A stretch of DNA of 64,000 nucleotides from a bacterium (lineage in GTDB: Bacteria > Patescibacteriota > Microgenomatia > Curtissbacterales > GWA2-41-24), in assembly GCA_021813945.1 (NCBI GenBank), contig JAKAJD010000001.1, positions 73,744 to 137,743 on the forward strand. The letters are read 5' to 3'. How positions within the stretch are numbered: position 1 is the first letter of the stretch; every line of letters begins with the position of its first letter. A program made the position numbers and the translations under genes. Below, piece after piece: positions 40,460 through 50,464 of the stretch. The notes beneath the pieces are model-generated. The model was not told the origin of the DNA. It saw only the letters and a program-made list of their open reading frames with translations, and did not search any database.

Positions 40460-42032
40460 GTTATTCAAGAAATTTTGGCCATTATTTGTAATTATTGCTT
40501 TAGCGATAGTCTTGCGGGTTGTAAAACTTCAGAATCTTTTTTATTTTACTTACGACGAATCAATCCCCGCATTTGTAGGTAGAAGATTAATACTTTGGCA
40601 TCACTTACCCTTAATTGGAGGAGCCACTCCTTTTGGTTTTCATTTGGCCCCCTATTTTTACTGGTTTTTGGCGAGCATACTTTTTTTTGGCAAATTAAAT
40701 CCGATAGCTTGGGGTTATGCCGGGGCTCTCTTATCAACTATCACGACTTATTTAATTTACAGGGTAGGATCAACATTCCAAAATAAAAAACTGGGAATAA
40801 CCGCTGCAATTTTTTGGGCGTTTTCATATCTTGCCAATGTATATGATAGACATCTTTGGGCATTGTATTGGGGACCCCTACTTTCTCTTGTTGTTATCCT
40901 TTGTCTTTACAAATTAATAAAAGGTAAAGAAAATTTCATTTTTGCGCTATCTGCTGCTCTAGTTTGGGGTATAACAACTGATCCTTCCAATCTAATCTTT
41001 GTAATTTTGACCATTATCGTATTTGTTATCTACAAGCTACCTTTAACGAAAAAAACAGTCTTAGCAATAGTCATTTTTTTATTATCGTTTTCTCCTTTGG
41101 TTTATTTTGATCTTCGCCATAACTTTGCAAACACAAAACCTGTATTAAATTTCCTAAAAGCAGGAAAGAACAATCCGGGCTTCACGAGAGCATCGTTCGA
41201 TCAAAATTTCCTATTATTCCCCAGAACTTTTACTCGGCTAATATACAAATTCGGTGACAATGAAATTTCCAAACAATACTCATATTGCAGGGCCTACATA
41301 ACCGAGAAATTTCGTGCGATTCCCGAAGTTTTTGTGTTTTCGTCTTCGGTAATCTTAATCGGATTTACACTCTGGTCTTTTAAAAGGAAAAATCGAAATA
41401 CTTGGCAAGTCGTTGGCATCCTCGTTGTGCTTTATCTCTTCGGTATCCAATTATACGGGACAATTCTAAAAGCTGACATTTTCGAACATTACATAACAGG
41501 ACTTTTTGCCATATTTTTGTTGATATTTGCAAAAATTATTTCCCATCTTCCAAAAAAATCTTGGGTTTTAGCTATCGCATTTTTTATTTTTTTCAATCTT
41601 CAAAAATTGGCTGCAGCGCAAAACGGTTTAGGTTTAACCGAAAAAAAGGCGGCCGTTAACTTTACCTTGAATGAAGTCGGAAACGAACCCTTTTCATTGG
41701 AATCGTTATCAACCTGCTGGAAATATTCAGGCTATCGTTATTTGTTTGCAGCTTTTGGTAGGGAGCCGGTCAAAAGTTATGTTGACCCAAATTTTAGTTA
41801 TCTCTACGGCACAACTGCTGTTTGGGACCATCATCCAAAAACTATCGCGGCTTTCGTAATCCATGATTTTGCTCCAGAGACAGAAGCTTTTTATCAAAAG
41901 TACGCCCTATACAAATCACACGAAATAAAAAGTGCTTTATTTGGGAATCTAGAAGTTATAATAATGGATAATACTTCCGGGTGGTTTGATGAGCCGGTAA
42001 TTAATTCTTTTAGGCAACCCATTCAAAGTTAA
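40452..42032 (+). CDS. GT-C glycosyltransferase (PMT_2-like)
   Basis: LR...FTYDE, PLIG, APYFY, PLVYFDLRHNF. Confidence 0.75.
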   Translation: MAKLFKKFWPLFVIIALAIVLRVVKLQNLFYFTYDESIPAFVGRRLILWHHLPLIGGATPFGFHLAPYFYWFLASILFFGKLNPIAWGYAGALLSTITTYLIYRVGSTFQNKKLGITAAIFWAFSYLANVYDRHLWALYWGPLLSLVVILCLYKLIKGKENFIFALSAALVWGITTDPSNLIFVILTIIVFVIYKLPLTKKTVLAIVIFLLSFSPLVYFDLRHNFANTKPVLNFLKAGKNNPGFTRASFDQNFLLFPRTFTRLIYKFGDNEISKQYSYCRAYITEKFRAIPEVFVFSSSVILIGFTLWSFKRKNRNTWQVVGILVVLYLFGIQLYGTILKADIFEHYITGLFAIFLLIFAKIISHLPKKSWVLAIAFFIFFNLQKLAAAQNGLGLTEKKAAVNFTLNEVGNEPFSLESLSTCWKYSGYRYLFAAFGREPVKSYVDPNFSYLYGTTAVWDHHPKTIAAFVIHDFAPETEAFYQKYALYKSHEIKSALFGNLEVIIMDNTSGWFDEPVINSFRQPIQS

Positions 42033-43092
42033 AAAATCGCATTAAAAGATAAGATTGAAAAAGCATTGCCAAGAAAATATAGAAATAGAAAAATAGTTTA
42101 CGCTTCGCCAAAAAATCTCCGAATGGAATAAATAATGGAAATGCAGCTAAAATTTCCCTTAAGCCGCCTAAATATGTGCCTGAATAGAGGGGTACTACAA
42201 TCGTCAACAGGCTATAAAGCCAAAGCGGTTTGTTGATTTTTTTGAATCCGACAATTGCCAGAAGCAAAAGAAAAGGTGTAACGCCGACCTGCAAAAGATT
42301 TATTGGCACCGGTTTATATGAACCGAAAACTTGCCCGATTACTACCATGGATTCTTTAAACAATTGTAGAAACGACAAAACGCCTATATGCCGTCCCCAG
42401 CCAGTAGTCTGTGCCGTTGCAAAAAGAGTAATATTCCCGAATGCAAAATAAAGATAAACAGAATAGGCTATGAGACCGATTGCGGAAACAGGCAGTGTCC
42501 ACCAGTATTTTTTTAGGTTTTCTTTACCAGACAAGATCAATTTTAAACCAAGGTAAAGAGTAAGTAGAATTCCTATTGGCCTAGTTGCGCTTGCAAGTGA
42601 CGCAACCAAAGCCCCTTTGGCATATTGCCTCTTTTCAATGAACAGAAGGGATATTGCAGAAAGCGCCAGAAACAATGGCTCTGAAAATGCGCCATTAAGT
42701 AAAGAGCTTGATGGAAAAGCTAAAAATATTAAAATAACCTCCCCCTTTATTTTAGAATAGCCTAAAACAGTGATAAGTCTTTCATACGCCAAAACAAAAA
42801 CAAGCATAAAAAAACCAACAGCTATTTTTGCAACAACCGGATTAGTCCCCAAAATTCTAACTACCAATGGCCACAAAGGAAAAAACGCTGCGCTTTCACC
42901 TCTATATCCATTTTTTGCAATAGCCATATAGTGGGCTGTATCAGCATTCGTAGTCCAAATAAGGGTAAATCTTTGTGTCAGCGTTGCCCAGGAAAGTACC
43001 TGGTTTGGATAAAGCATCGAAGGGAAAATAATTATTTCAAAAATATGAATTGCGACAATCCATCCTACAAAAATCGCAAGTGCCGTTTTCAT
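42010..43092 (-). CDS. GT-C mannosyltransferase, PIG-V/GT76-like
   Basis: DTAHYMAIAKNGY, AFFPLWP, FSEPLF, TRPIG, AQ..WGR. Confidence 0.8.
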   Translation of the reverse strand: MKTALAIFVGWIVAIHIFEIIIFPSMLYPNQVLSWATLTQRFTLIWTTNADTAHYMAIAKNGYRGESAAFFPLWPLVVRILGTNPVVAKIAVGFFMLVFVLAYERLITVLGYSKIKGEVILIFLAFPSSSLLNGAFSEPLFLALSAISLLFIEKRQYAKGALVASLASATRPIGILLTLYLGLKLILSGKENLKKYWWTLPVSAIGLIAYSVYLYFAFGNITLFATAQTTGWGRHIGVLSFLQLFKESMVVIGQVFGSYKPVPINLLQVGVTPFLLLLAIVGFKKINKPLWLYSLLTIVVPLYSGTYLGGLREILAAFPLFIPFGDFLAKRKLFFYFYIFLAMLFQSYLLMRFFNFEWVA

Positions 43093-43227
43093 TAACTTAT
43101 TTACCCAACAGTCTACACAAATCAAATCCTCTAAATCAACGATAAGAATTTTAGCTTGTATTAATTAGTTTGGGGAACTTTAAAATAGTAGAAACGCAAA
43201 TTTTTAAATTGTATACTTCTACGTGTA

Positions 43228-44475
43228 ATGGCTTCACATCTAAAGGGACTGATATTTTCAGATACAGGTAAAGATACGCTGATAGTATCCGTGGGTACAT
43301 TAATAAACGTTGTTGCTGGTAGCGCTTTTTTTATCTTGGTGCCGCGCCTATTAGGACCAATAAATTTTGGGATCTTCTCAGCCGTTATTGCAACGGGACT
43401 TTTTCTTTCGGCAATAGCAAATTTTGGTATTGACACTGGTGTTCTGAATTTTGCAAAAAATAGCGCTAAATCTAATGAGGTATTTTCTATTGCAATCAAG
43501 TCGTATATATTTTTAGGAACAATTGCAGCTGTTTTAGGATTTATTTTATCTAAACCTCTTGCAAGCTTCTTGGGTCAGCCGCAAATAGCAACATTATTAA
43601 ATATCGCCTTTCTTTTTACCATTATTTCACTGATCACAAATTTTTACGTCGCCGCACTTCAGTCCAGAAAGGAATTCGTTAAAGCTTCAATTGTAAGTAT
43701 TGCATCCAACATGGCAAGAATTATTATTCTTCTAATCTCCGCCTATTTTTTTGTAGTTGGATTGTATTTTGTAACTATACTTTTTTTCTCTGCAAACATA
43801 ATTTCAATTTTCGCCGGTACCCTCTTTCTGAAGTTTGATTATGTTTCAAAAACAGATTTAAAAATTGCTGCGTTTCACAGATATAATTTTTGGATTGCGC
43901 TTTCTCTTATCGTATCTTCGATACCTTTTGACAATTATTTATTACTAAAACTCTCGGGACCGTTTCAGGCAGGGTTATACGCTGCCTCATTTAAAATTCT
44001 TACATTTGCGTATCAGTTTGGAGGAAATTTTACCAGGGTGCTTGCACCTAGATTGGCCTCGTTCGACTCAAATCAAAAGGCAAAAAGCTTTTCCATTAAA
44101 AGTCTCCCCTTTACATTTGCTGCTGTTCTTGGACTTTTTGTATTGATTTTACTCTCACATCCTCTCACCAAGCTTCTTTTTGGCAAGAGCTTCATTCAAT
44201 CAGGCTCGATAATGCAGGTGCTGGCAGTTGGTTTTATGTTTTTCTTTGCTGCAACAATACCGTCCTCTTTAATCCTCTATTACTTTGGCAAATCTAGTAT
44301 CTCGTTTTTAATTACAGCAATAAGGTACATTACATTTGTAATTCTGCTTATTTTGTTTATCCCAAGGCTTAATGCAACAGGGGCCGCATATGCATTCAGC
44401 CTAAGCGAAGCACTGTCATTTGTTTTGATGACAACATACGTTGTTTTTAAATTCAAAAATGGATACTCCAATTAA
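43228..44475 (+). CDS. wzx: Wzx-type oligosaccharide flippase
   Basis: RLLGP..FG, FGI, D..LL, AGLY, LFIP.L..TGAA. Confidence 0.82.
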   Translation: MASHLKGLIFSDTGKDTLIVSVGTLINVVAGSAFFILVPRLLGPINFGIFSAVIATGLFLSAIANFGIDTGVLNFAKNSAKSNEVFSIAIKSYIFLGTIAAVLGFILSKPLASFLGQPQIATLLNIAFLFTIISLITNFYVAALQSRKEFVKASIVSIASNMARIIILLISAYFFVVGLYFVTILFFSANIISIFAGTLFLKFDYVSKTDLKIAAFHRYNFWIALSLIVSSIPFDNYLLLKLSGPFQAGLYAASFKILTFAYQFGGNFTRVLAPRLASFDSNQKAKSFSIKSLPFTFAAVLGLFVLILLSHPLTKLLFGKSFIQSGSIMQVLAVGFMFFFAATIPSSLILYYFGKSSISFLITAIRYITFVILLILFIPRLNATGAAYAFSLSEALSFVLMTTYVVFKFKNGYSN

Positions 44476-45184
44476 GCTTTCAGTAATTATCCCTTGCTAT
44501 AACGAGAAAGGTAGATTCGTGGAAGGTATAGGGCATCTCTTAAGTTATCTAAATAAACAAAAAAACGGCTGGGAATTAATATTGGTTAATGATGGATCAT
44601 CAGACGAAACGCTGAATCTCATGAAAGAGGTTGTCAACAGAAATGTCAAAATAATTTCTTATGCAAAAAATAAAGGAAAAGGTCATGCGATAAAAATAGG
44701 GGTTGAAAGGGCAAAGGGTGAGATAATTTTATTTTCAGACCTGGACCACTCAGTTCCCATTTCTACGATTGAGTCATTTTACAAATACTTTGAAAAAGGA
44801 TATGACGTTGTCATTGGTTCAAGGAGGGTCAAGGGCTCAAAATTTGTTAAGCACCAACCTCCGCTTCGAGAGAACTTGGGTCGGGGGTTCAGTTTTCTGG
44901 TCAGAATATTAATAGACTGGCAGATTAAAGATGCTACTTGTGGTTTTAAAGCTTTCAAAAAAGAGCCTGCAAAAAAACTTTTTTCAAAAATTTCCATCTA
45001 CGATTGGGCTTTTGACGCTGAACTTTTGTTTTTATGCAAAAAATATGGTTTCAAATATGTTCAAGCCCCTGTTGTCTGGAAAGATGAAAAAGGGTCAAAA
45101 GTTTCTATTGCTCGTGATGTTATTGGATCACTTTTCGGCTTAATAAAAATAAGAATTAATGATATTAATAAAAAGTATTTATAA
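44459..45184 (+). CDS. GT2 dolichyl-phosphate beta-glucosyltransferase-like (Alg5/AglD-like)
   Basis: IIPCYNE, NKGKG, DLD, DATCGFK, WAFDAE. Confidence 0.88.
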   Translation: MDTPIKLSVIIPCYNEKGRFVEGIGHLLSYLNKQKNGWELILVNDGSSDETLNLMKEVVNRNVKIISYAKNKGKGHAIKIGVERAKGEIILFSDLDHSVPISTIESFYKYFEKGYDVVIGSRRVKGSKFVKHQPPLRENLGRGFSFLVRILIDWQIKDATCGFKAFKKEPAKKLFSKISIYDWAFDAELLFLCKKYGFKYVQAPVVWKDEKGSKVSIARDVIGSLFGLIKIRINDINKKYL

Positions 45185-46568
45185 ATTTAAAGAAATATTT
45201 TTGCTGCCATTGGTGCTTTTGCATCTTATTTTGCTTATCAATACAAAATTCACTCTTTGGCCAGAAATGGTGGTTTACCCATATCTTGCCAACAACGGCT
45301 TCCGCCTGTATCAAGATATAATAAATCCTTATCCACCAGCTTTCCTTCTTTTTTTAAATATTTTTGGCAAATTTTTTGGTTATTTTCCTCTTCCGTTCCA
45401 ATTATTAACCTGGGTAATCATCGTTTTATGCGATTTTTCAATTTATATTACGGTTCTTAAAATTACCAAAAACTACTATAATGCCGCATTAGCTAGTTTA
45501 TTTTTCGTAATATTTTCTGTTCCTTTTGGGATAAACGGTTTATGGTTTGACCTTGTTCAAACGCCGTTTCTGATTTTTTCTATATATTATTTTTACAAAT
45601 ATTTAAATTTTAAAAAAATCATTGATTTTCAAAAATCATTTTATTTAGTTGTTATCAGTTTTTTTATAAAGCAGCAGGTGCTTTGGATTGTAATATTTTA
45701 TTTGGCTTTTATTATCGTAAAAGAAAAGGCGAGGATATTTAAAATTGCAAAAGATTTACTTTATCCGTTCGGATTGTTTTGTTTTCTTCTTTTAATACAA
45801 TTTGCATATTTTTATAAGCTTGGCACTTTGAAAGATTTTATTTTTTGGACAATTTATCAACCTCTTATATTAGGCTCATCTTTACCGGGATATGTTTTAT
45901 TACCTTCAATAAAACAAATATTAATTGCTCTTATACCTCTTCTATTTGCTTGGTCAATGAATTTATTTTCAAAACCAAAAAATTTAATTCTCATGATCTT
46001 ACCGGTGCCACTCATTTTATTTGCTTTCCCAAGATTTGATTATTTCCATCTTATCTCTTACCTAGCGGGAGTTTCCTTGGTAATCGGCGTAACCTTTAAA
46101 TTTTCAAAGAATTCTCAAATCAAACAACTATTTATACCTTTAGGATTGGCAGCTTTGCTAATTATATTTTCTGTACACTTTTTTAAATCAAATTGGCAGC
46201 AACCAGTACGTTTTTTCGAAAGGGATACTTTGTCTGCTGCTGCTTTTTTAGATACAGTAACTACTAAAGATTCTTTAATTTATATTCAAAACGGTCCAGA
46301 TCAGCTCCTTCCCCTGGCAGATCGTTTACCACCAAAACCTTGGGCTATTCAGTTCCCATGGTATATGGAAATAGGCGATTTACAATCAAGAACGGTTGCT
46401 TCAATCCGTAACAAAAATCCACAATTCGTGGTTTTTAAACCTTATGATCAAAAAGCTAAATACGATCTTGGTTCGTATAGGCCAACGTTAATTGCGAGTT
46501 ATCTGGACGAAAACTATCAAAATTTAATCCAGATCAATAGCACCCTATGGTTAAGAGTAAAAAAATAG
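45159..46568 (+). CDS. Multi-pass membrane protein, putative GT-C
   Basis: FTLWPE, LYQDI..YPP, LWFD, KQ, PRFDYFH; paralog of 14592..16046. Confidence 0.65.
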   Translation: MILIKSIYKFKEIFLLPLVLLHLILLINTKFTLWPEMVVYPYLANNGFRLYQDIINPYPPAFLLFLNIFGKFFGYFPLPFQLLTWVIIVLCDFSIYITVLKITKNYYNAALASLFFVIFSVPFGINGLWFDLVQTPFLIFSIYYFYKYLNFKKIIDFQKSFYLVVISFFIKQQVLWIVIFYLAFIIVKEKARIFKIAKDLLYPFGLFCFLLLIQFAYFYKLGTLKDFIFWTIYQPLILGSSLPGYVLLPSIKQILIALIPLLFAWSMNLFSKPKNLILMILPVPLILFAFPRFDYFHLISYLAGVSLVIGVTFKFSKNSQIKQLFIPLGLAALLIIFSVHFFKSNWQQPVRFFERDTLSAAAFLDTVTTKDSLIYIQNGPDQLLPLADRLPPKPWAIQFPWYMEIGDLQSRTVASIRNKNPQFVVFKPYDQKAKYDLGSYRPTLIASYLDENYQNLIQINSTLWLRVKK

Positions 46569-48484
46569 AAGAGTTACCACAGATCGTACTTCTAGGAGTT
46601 ATCTGCTTGCTCTTTTTGCTACCATTTTTAGCCCATCCAACCTTTTTGTCATTAAAAGACAACGACTTGGGCAGAACCTACATCCCTCTTTACACATCAG
46701 TTAGGAATTCGTTCTTATCCTACAAAAGCATTCCACTTTGGCGAAGCGATCAGATGATGGGGGAATCATTGGTTTCAAACCCTCTGTCAAGCATTTTTTA
46801 TCCTGGCAATATTTTATTTTTAATCTTTTCTGCAAGTTTCGCAGCGGCAGTTTATTATCTTCTACATTTTTTACTAGCAGCTTTTGCAACCTTTTATCTT
46901 GCAAGATCATTTGGTTTTCAAAAGTTACAATCTTTCGCGGCGGCACTTTTTTATGCGTTTTCAACAAAAATGCTTTTGCATGTATCCGCAGGTCACATTA
47001 CTATGGTGGCGGCATTTTCGTATTTCCCACTGATTTTTTTATCGATCCGCCAGCTTTTAAATAAGCCGTCACTTAAGTGGTTGGTCGTGGGATCATTTTC
47101 ATTAGCGTCTGCTTTAATCTTATATGCAACAATTTTTTACTACATTGCCATCTTCTCTTTTGTTTACATAACCTACTTTCTAATCTCTCAAAGGAAACGG
47201 ACAACATCCAAAAAACTCACAAACCACATTAAAATCTTGATAGCACTTGGATTGTTAACATTAGGACTGTCGGCAATCGAATTTATCCCTCAAATCCTTT
47301 TTGGCCCCCAATCAACCAGATCAGCCCTATCCTATCAAGACGTGGCTCTGCCTCTTTTCAACTTTAAACGCTATCTTACAAGTTTGCTGTTTCCTTATTT
47401 AGATTTTAGGAATTTGGATCATGAATCCTTTCTTTATTTGGGTTTCATCCCAATTGTTTTATCCGTATGGGGATTTCTCTCTTTACCTACCAGAAAAAAA
47501 ATCGTTGTGAGTCTCATTGGGTTTCTTACAATCTTATTTACGCTTGGCCAGTCCACGCCTGTTTTTAAAATTGCATATTATATTTTGCCGCTCTTGAAAT
47601 ACAGCCGCATCACGACGAGAATCTGGTTTGCGATTGCCCTGGTTGCAGCGTTACTTTCAGCCTACGCACTTGGAAAAATTAAAAACCAAAAAATTGTTTA
47701 TTTAATTCTCGCACTGTTTTTAATTGAAAATATTTCAATAGGATACGCTAAAATTTTTCAAATATCTGATTTAAAAAATAACAATATTAGCATGTATCAA
47801 TATCTTGCAGCGGACAATGATGTCTTCAGGATCTATTGCACGACATACTGCTTTAATCCGCAGCTGCTTCAAAAATATCATTTGCAAATCCTAAACGGAG
47901 AAAGCCCAATTCAAGACAAAAATTTTGTAACATTTCTTGCCCAGGCGGGCGGCTATTCTTGGGATAAGTTTGCCGTGATTTTTCCGCCTTATCAAATCTG
48001 GCAGGTATCAAACCCACCAATGCCCAGGGCAGATTTATTGGGCTTAGCCAATGTAAAATACATTGCATCGACGTACCCGCTCAACAATAATGGTTTCCAG
48101 CCCCAAAACAAATTCGATGATATTTTCCTTTATAAAAACATGTTCTATAAATCCCGTGCCTACTTCGAAAACTTAGATGCCCCGGTTAATTTAATAAAAT
48201 ATGAGCCAAACCGCATTATTCTTACATTTAAAAGTGCTGATACTCCAAGAAAACTAGTTTTTTCTGAAGATTACGCCCCCGGTTGGATAGCAACTCACAA
48301 CTTTCAAGACTATAAGATGGAGCCTTATCAAGGTACCTTTAGAAGTATAACGGTTCCTCCAGGTATATCATCCATAGAGCAAGAGTACACGCCGCAAGGT
48401 TTTATGGTTGGAAAGATAGCAACAGTAGCAACGATTGTGTTTTTAGTGATTTTCTTCTGGTATACTCGTAAAAAATTAGCATAA
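46547..48484 (+). CDS. YfhO-like GT-C membrane protein
   Basis: D loop, PLW....MG.S, GH, E...YLG, LVFSEDYAPGW.A, final C-terminal TM. Confidence 0.75.
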   Translation: MVKSKKIEELPQIVLLGVICLLFLLPFLAHPTFLSLKDNDLGRTYIPLYTSVRNSFLSYKSIPLWRSDQMMGESLVSNPLSSIFYPGNILFLIFSASFAAAVYYLLHFLLAAFATFYLARSFGFQKLQSFAAALFYAFSTKMLLHVSAGHITMVAAFSYFPLIFLSIRQLLNKPSLKWLVVGSFSLASALILYATIFYYIAIFSFVYITYFLISQRKRTTSKKLTNHIKILIALGLLTLGLSAIEFIPQILFGPQSTRSALSYQDVALPLFNFKRYLTSLLFPYLDFRNLDHESFLYLGFIPIVLSVWGFLSLPTRKKIVVSLIGFLTILFTLGQSTPVFKIAYYILPLLKYSRITTRIWFAIALVAALLSAYALGKIKNQKIVYLILALFLIENISIGYAKIFQISDLKNNNISMYQYLAADNDVFRIYCTTYCFNPQLLQKYHLQILNGESPIQDKNFVTFLAQAGGYSWDKFAVIFPPYQIWQVSNPPMPRADLLGLANVKYIASTYPLNNNGFQPQNKFDDIFLYKNMFYKSRAYFENLDAPVNLIKYEPNRIILTFKSADTPRKLVFSEDYAPGWIATHNFQDYKMEPYQGTFRSITVPPGISSIEQEYTPQGFMVGKIATVATIVFLVIFFWYTRKKLA

Positions 48485-48541
48485 TGGCAAAAATTTGTTT
48501 TTTAAGTTTTTTAGGCCCGCAGTCCAAAGGATGAGGACTGC
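48484..48541 (+). repeat. Relic duplicate of a GT4 5' end (16-codon mini-ORF) plus 7-bp hairpin
   Basis: ATG 48484 reads MAKICFLSFLGPQSKG* versus downstream MSKIAFLSFYSG; inverted repeat GCAGTCC(48519-25)/GGACTGC(48535-41). Confidence 0.6.
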
Positions 48542-48556
48542 AAAAACTTTACAAAT

Positions 48557-49624
48557 ATGTCTAAGATTGCATTTTTAAGTTTTTATTCAGGCATTGCGGA
48601 CAGGGGAGTAGAAACGTTTGTCTATGAAATTACAAAAAGGCTTGCAAAAAAACACGTAGTGACAATTTTTCAAGCAGGCCAACTCATTAAAAATCGTGAA
48701 ATCAGAACCTATCAGATTAAAGCTTTTGCCGCCCAGCCAAAATCTTCGAAAGGTATTTTGGGAAAAATTTATTTGGATTGGCAGTCGCTAAAAATTTTAA
48801 TTTTTACATTAAAATCGGTGCCAAAAATTTTAAGCGGAAAATTTGACGTAGTCATTCCCCTAAATGGTGGCTGGCAAGTGGTTCTTTGTAGGCTTATTAC
48901 CAAAATCTCGAGATCAAAAATGTTAATTTCCGGGCATGCCGGAATAGGCTCTGACGATGCCTGGAACATCTTTTTTAGGCCGGACGTTTTCGTAGCCCTG
49001 ACAAATCAAGAAAATGCTTGGGTAAAGCGCATTGCCCCGGAAATGAAAACTACAGTTATCTCAAACGGTGTAGATCTTTCTATTTTTAATCCAGAAGTTA
49101 AACCCAAAAAAATGAATCTCAAAGACCCGATAGTTGTGTGTTGTGCGGCGCTTGTGCCATATAAAAGAGTTGATTTAACTATAAAGGCGGTTGCAAAAAC
49201 TCAAATGAGCCTTTTGGTTATAGGCGACGGACAAGAAAGGGGAAATATAGACTCGCTGGGAAAGCGCCTTCTGAAAGAAAGATACCAGAGAATTGTTGTA
49301 CCCTACCAACAAATGCCCTCTTACTACAAAGCCGGAAAAGTTTTTACATTAGCCTCAAAAACTGAGGCCTTTGGTATAGTCTATGTTGAGGCAATGGCTT
49401 GTAATTTACCAGTTGTTACAACAAGCGACAAATCCAGGCATGAAATAATTGGTGATGCAGGAATTTTAACTAATCCCGAAGACTCTCAAAAGTATGCCCG
49501 CGATTTAGAAATCGCAGCAAAAACAAACTACAGAAACTCCCCCTACAATCAAGCTTTAAAATTTAGTTGGAACAAAACCGCCGAAAAATATTCGGATTTG
49601 ATAAAAGCCCTCAGCTCAAATTAA
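48557..49624 (+). CDS. GT4 glycosyltransferase
   Basis: RGVE, NGVD, EAFGIVYVEAM. Confidence 0.9.
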   Translation: MSKIAFLSFYSGIADRGVETFVYEITKRLAKKHVVTIFQAGQLIKNREIRTYQIKAFAAQPKSSKGILGKIYLDWQSLKILIFTLKSVPKILSGKFDVVIPLNGGWQVVLCRLITKISRSKMLISGHAGIGSDDAWNIFFRPDVFVALTNQENAWVKRIAPEMKTTVISNGVDLSIFNPEVKPKKMNLKDPIVVCCAALVPYKRVDLTIKAVAKTQMSLLVIGDGQERGNIDSLGKRLLKERYQRIVVPYQQMPSYYKAGKVFTLASKTEAFGIVYVEAMACNLPVVTTSDKSRHEIIGDAGILTNPEDSQKYARDLEIAAKTNYRNSPYNQALKFSWNKTAEKYSDLIKALSSN

Positions 49625-49627
49625 TCT

Positions 49628-50464
49628 ATGAAACCTTTGATTTCTGTTATCATTCCTGCCTACAATGAACAAGATCTGATCGCACAATGTCTTGACTCAA
49701 TCACCAAACAAACGTATAAACCTTTAGAGGTCATTGTTGTTGATGATGGCTCAAACGACAAAACTTTACAAATCGCAAAAGGATTTAAAGTCAAAATCTT
49801 AACCCAAAATCATAAGGGTCCCGGAGTAGCCCGCAATTTAGCAGCATCGATCGCCAACGGTGAAATTCTGGTTTTCGTGGACAGCGATATGACCTTTGAG
49901 AAAGATTTCATTGCGGACCTCGTGGCACCGATCTTAAAAAAAGAGTCAATTGGAACTTTTTCAAAAAATGAAATGAACTCAAACGCAGACAATACTTGGT
50001 CAGCCTGTTGGAATATCAACAGAAATTTGCCTCCGGACAGGCTTATCCCTTTAGATTATCCGCAAAAAGCCCCCGTTTTTAGAGCAATTTTAAAAGCCGA
50101 ATTTGAAAAAGTTGGCGGATTTGAAGTTTCGGGACAGTATACAGACGACTGGTCTCTTTCAAGAAAGTTAAAAGTTGAATCAACTCTTGCAGAAAGAGCA
50201 AAATACTACCACAAAAACCCATCAAGCATTTCCGAAATTTTCAAACAAGCACGCTGGATTGGCAAAAATGAATTTATCGTAGGGTCTCTTGTACGAAAAA
50301 TTAAATCACTTATTTTTTATAGTCTACCCGTCTCTTTAGCAATCGGGGTTTATAAAGCCGCAAAAAGAAAAAATCCTTCCTTTATAATATTCAAAGTTAT
50401 TTACGACTTTGCTGTTTTTATATCTGTTGTTATGTCTTTTTTTAAAGAAGATAAAGCAAAATAA
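49628..50464 (+). CDS. GT2 glycosyltransferase
   Basis: SVIIPAYNE, DDGS, DSD, TDD. Confidence 0.9.
   Translation: MKPLISVIIPAYNEQDLIAQCLDSITKQTYKPLEVIVVDDGSNDKTLQIAKGFKVKILTQNHKGPGVARNLAASIANGEILVFVDSDMTFEKDFIADLVAPILKKESIGTFSKNEMNSNADNTWSACWNINRNLPPDRLIPLDYPQKAPVFRAILKAEFEKVGGFEVSGQYTDDWSLSRKLKVESTLAERAKYYHKNPSSISEIFKQARWIGKNEFIVGSLVRKIKSLIFYSLPVSLAIGVYKAAKRKNPSFIIFKVIYDFAVFISVVMSFFKEDKAK

Noticed and set aside
16048-43227. Invertible segments or shufflon explaining the frequent strand switches
   Set aside because: No recombinase gene and no matching inverted repeats were seen at the junctions by eye, so module accretion is simpler.
48519-48546. GCAGTCC/GGACTGC hairpin as an intrinsic terminator
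   Set aside because: No U-tract follows the stem on either strand (plus strand is followed by AAAAA, minus strand by GGGCC).
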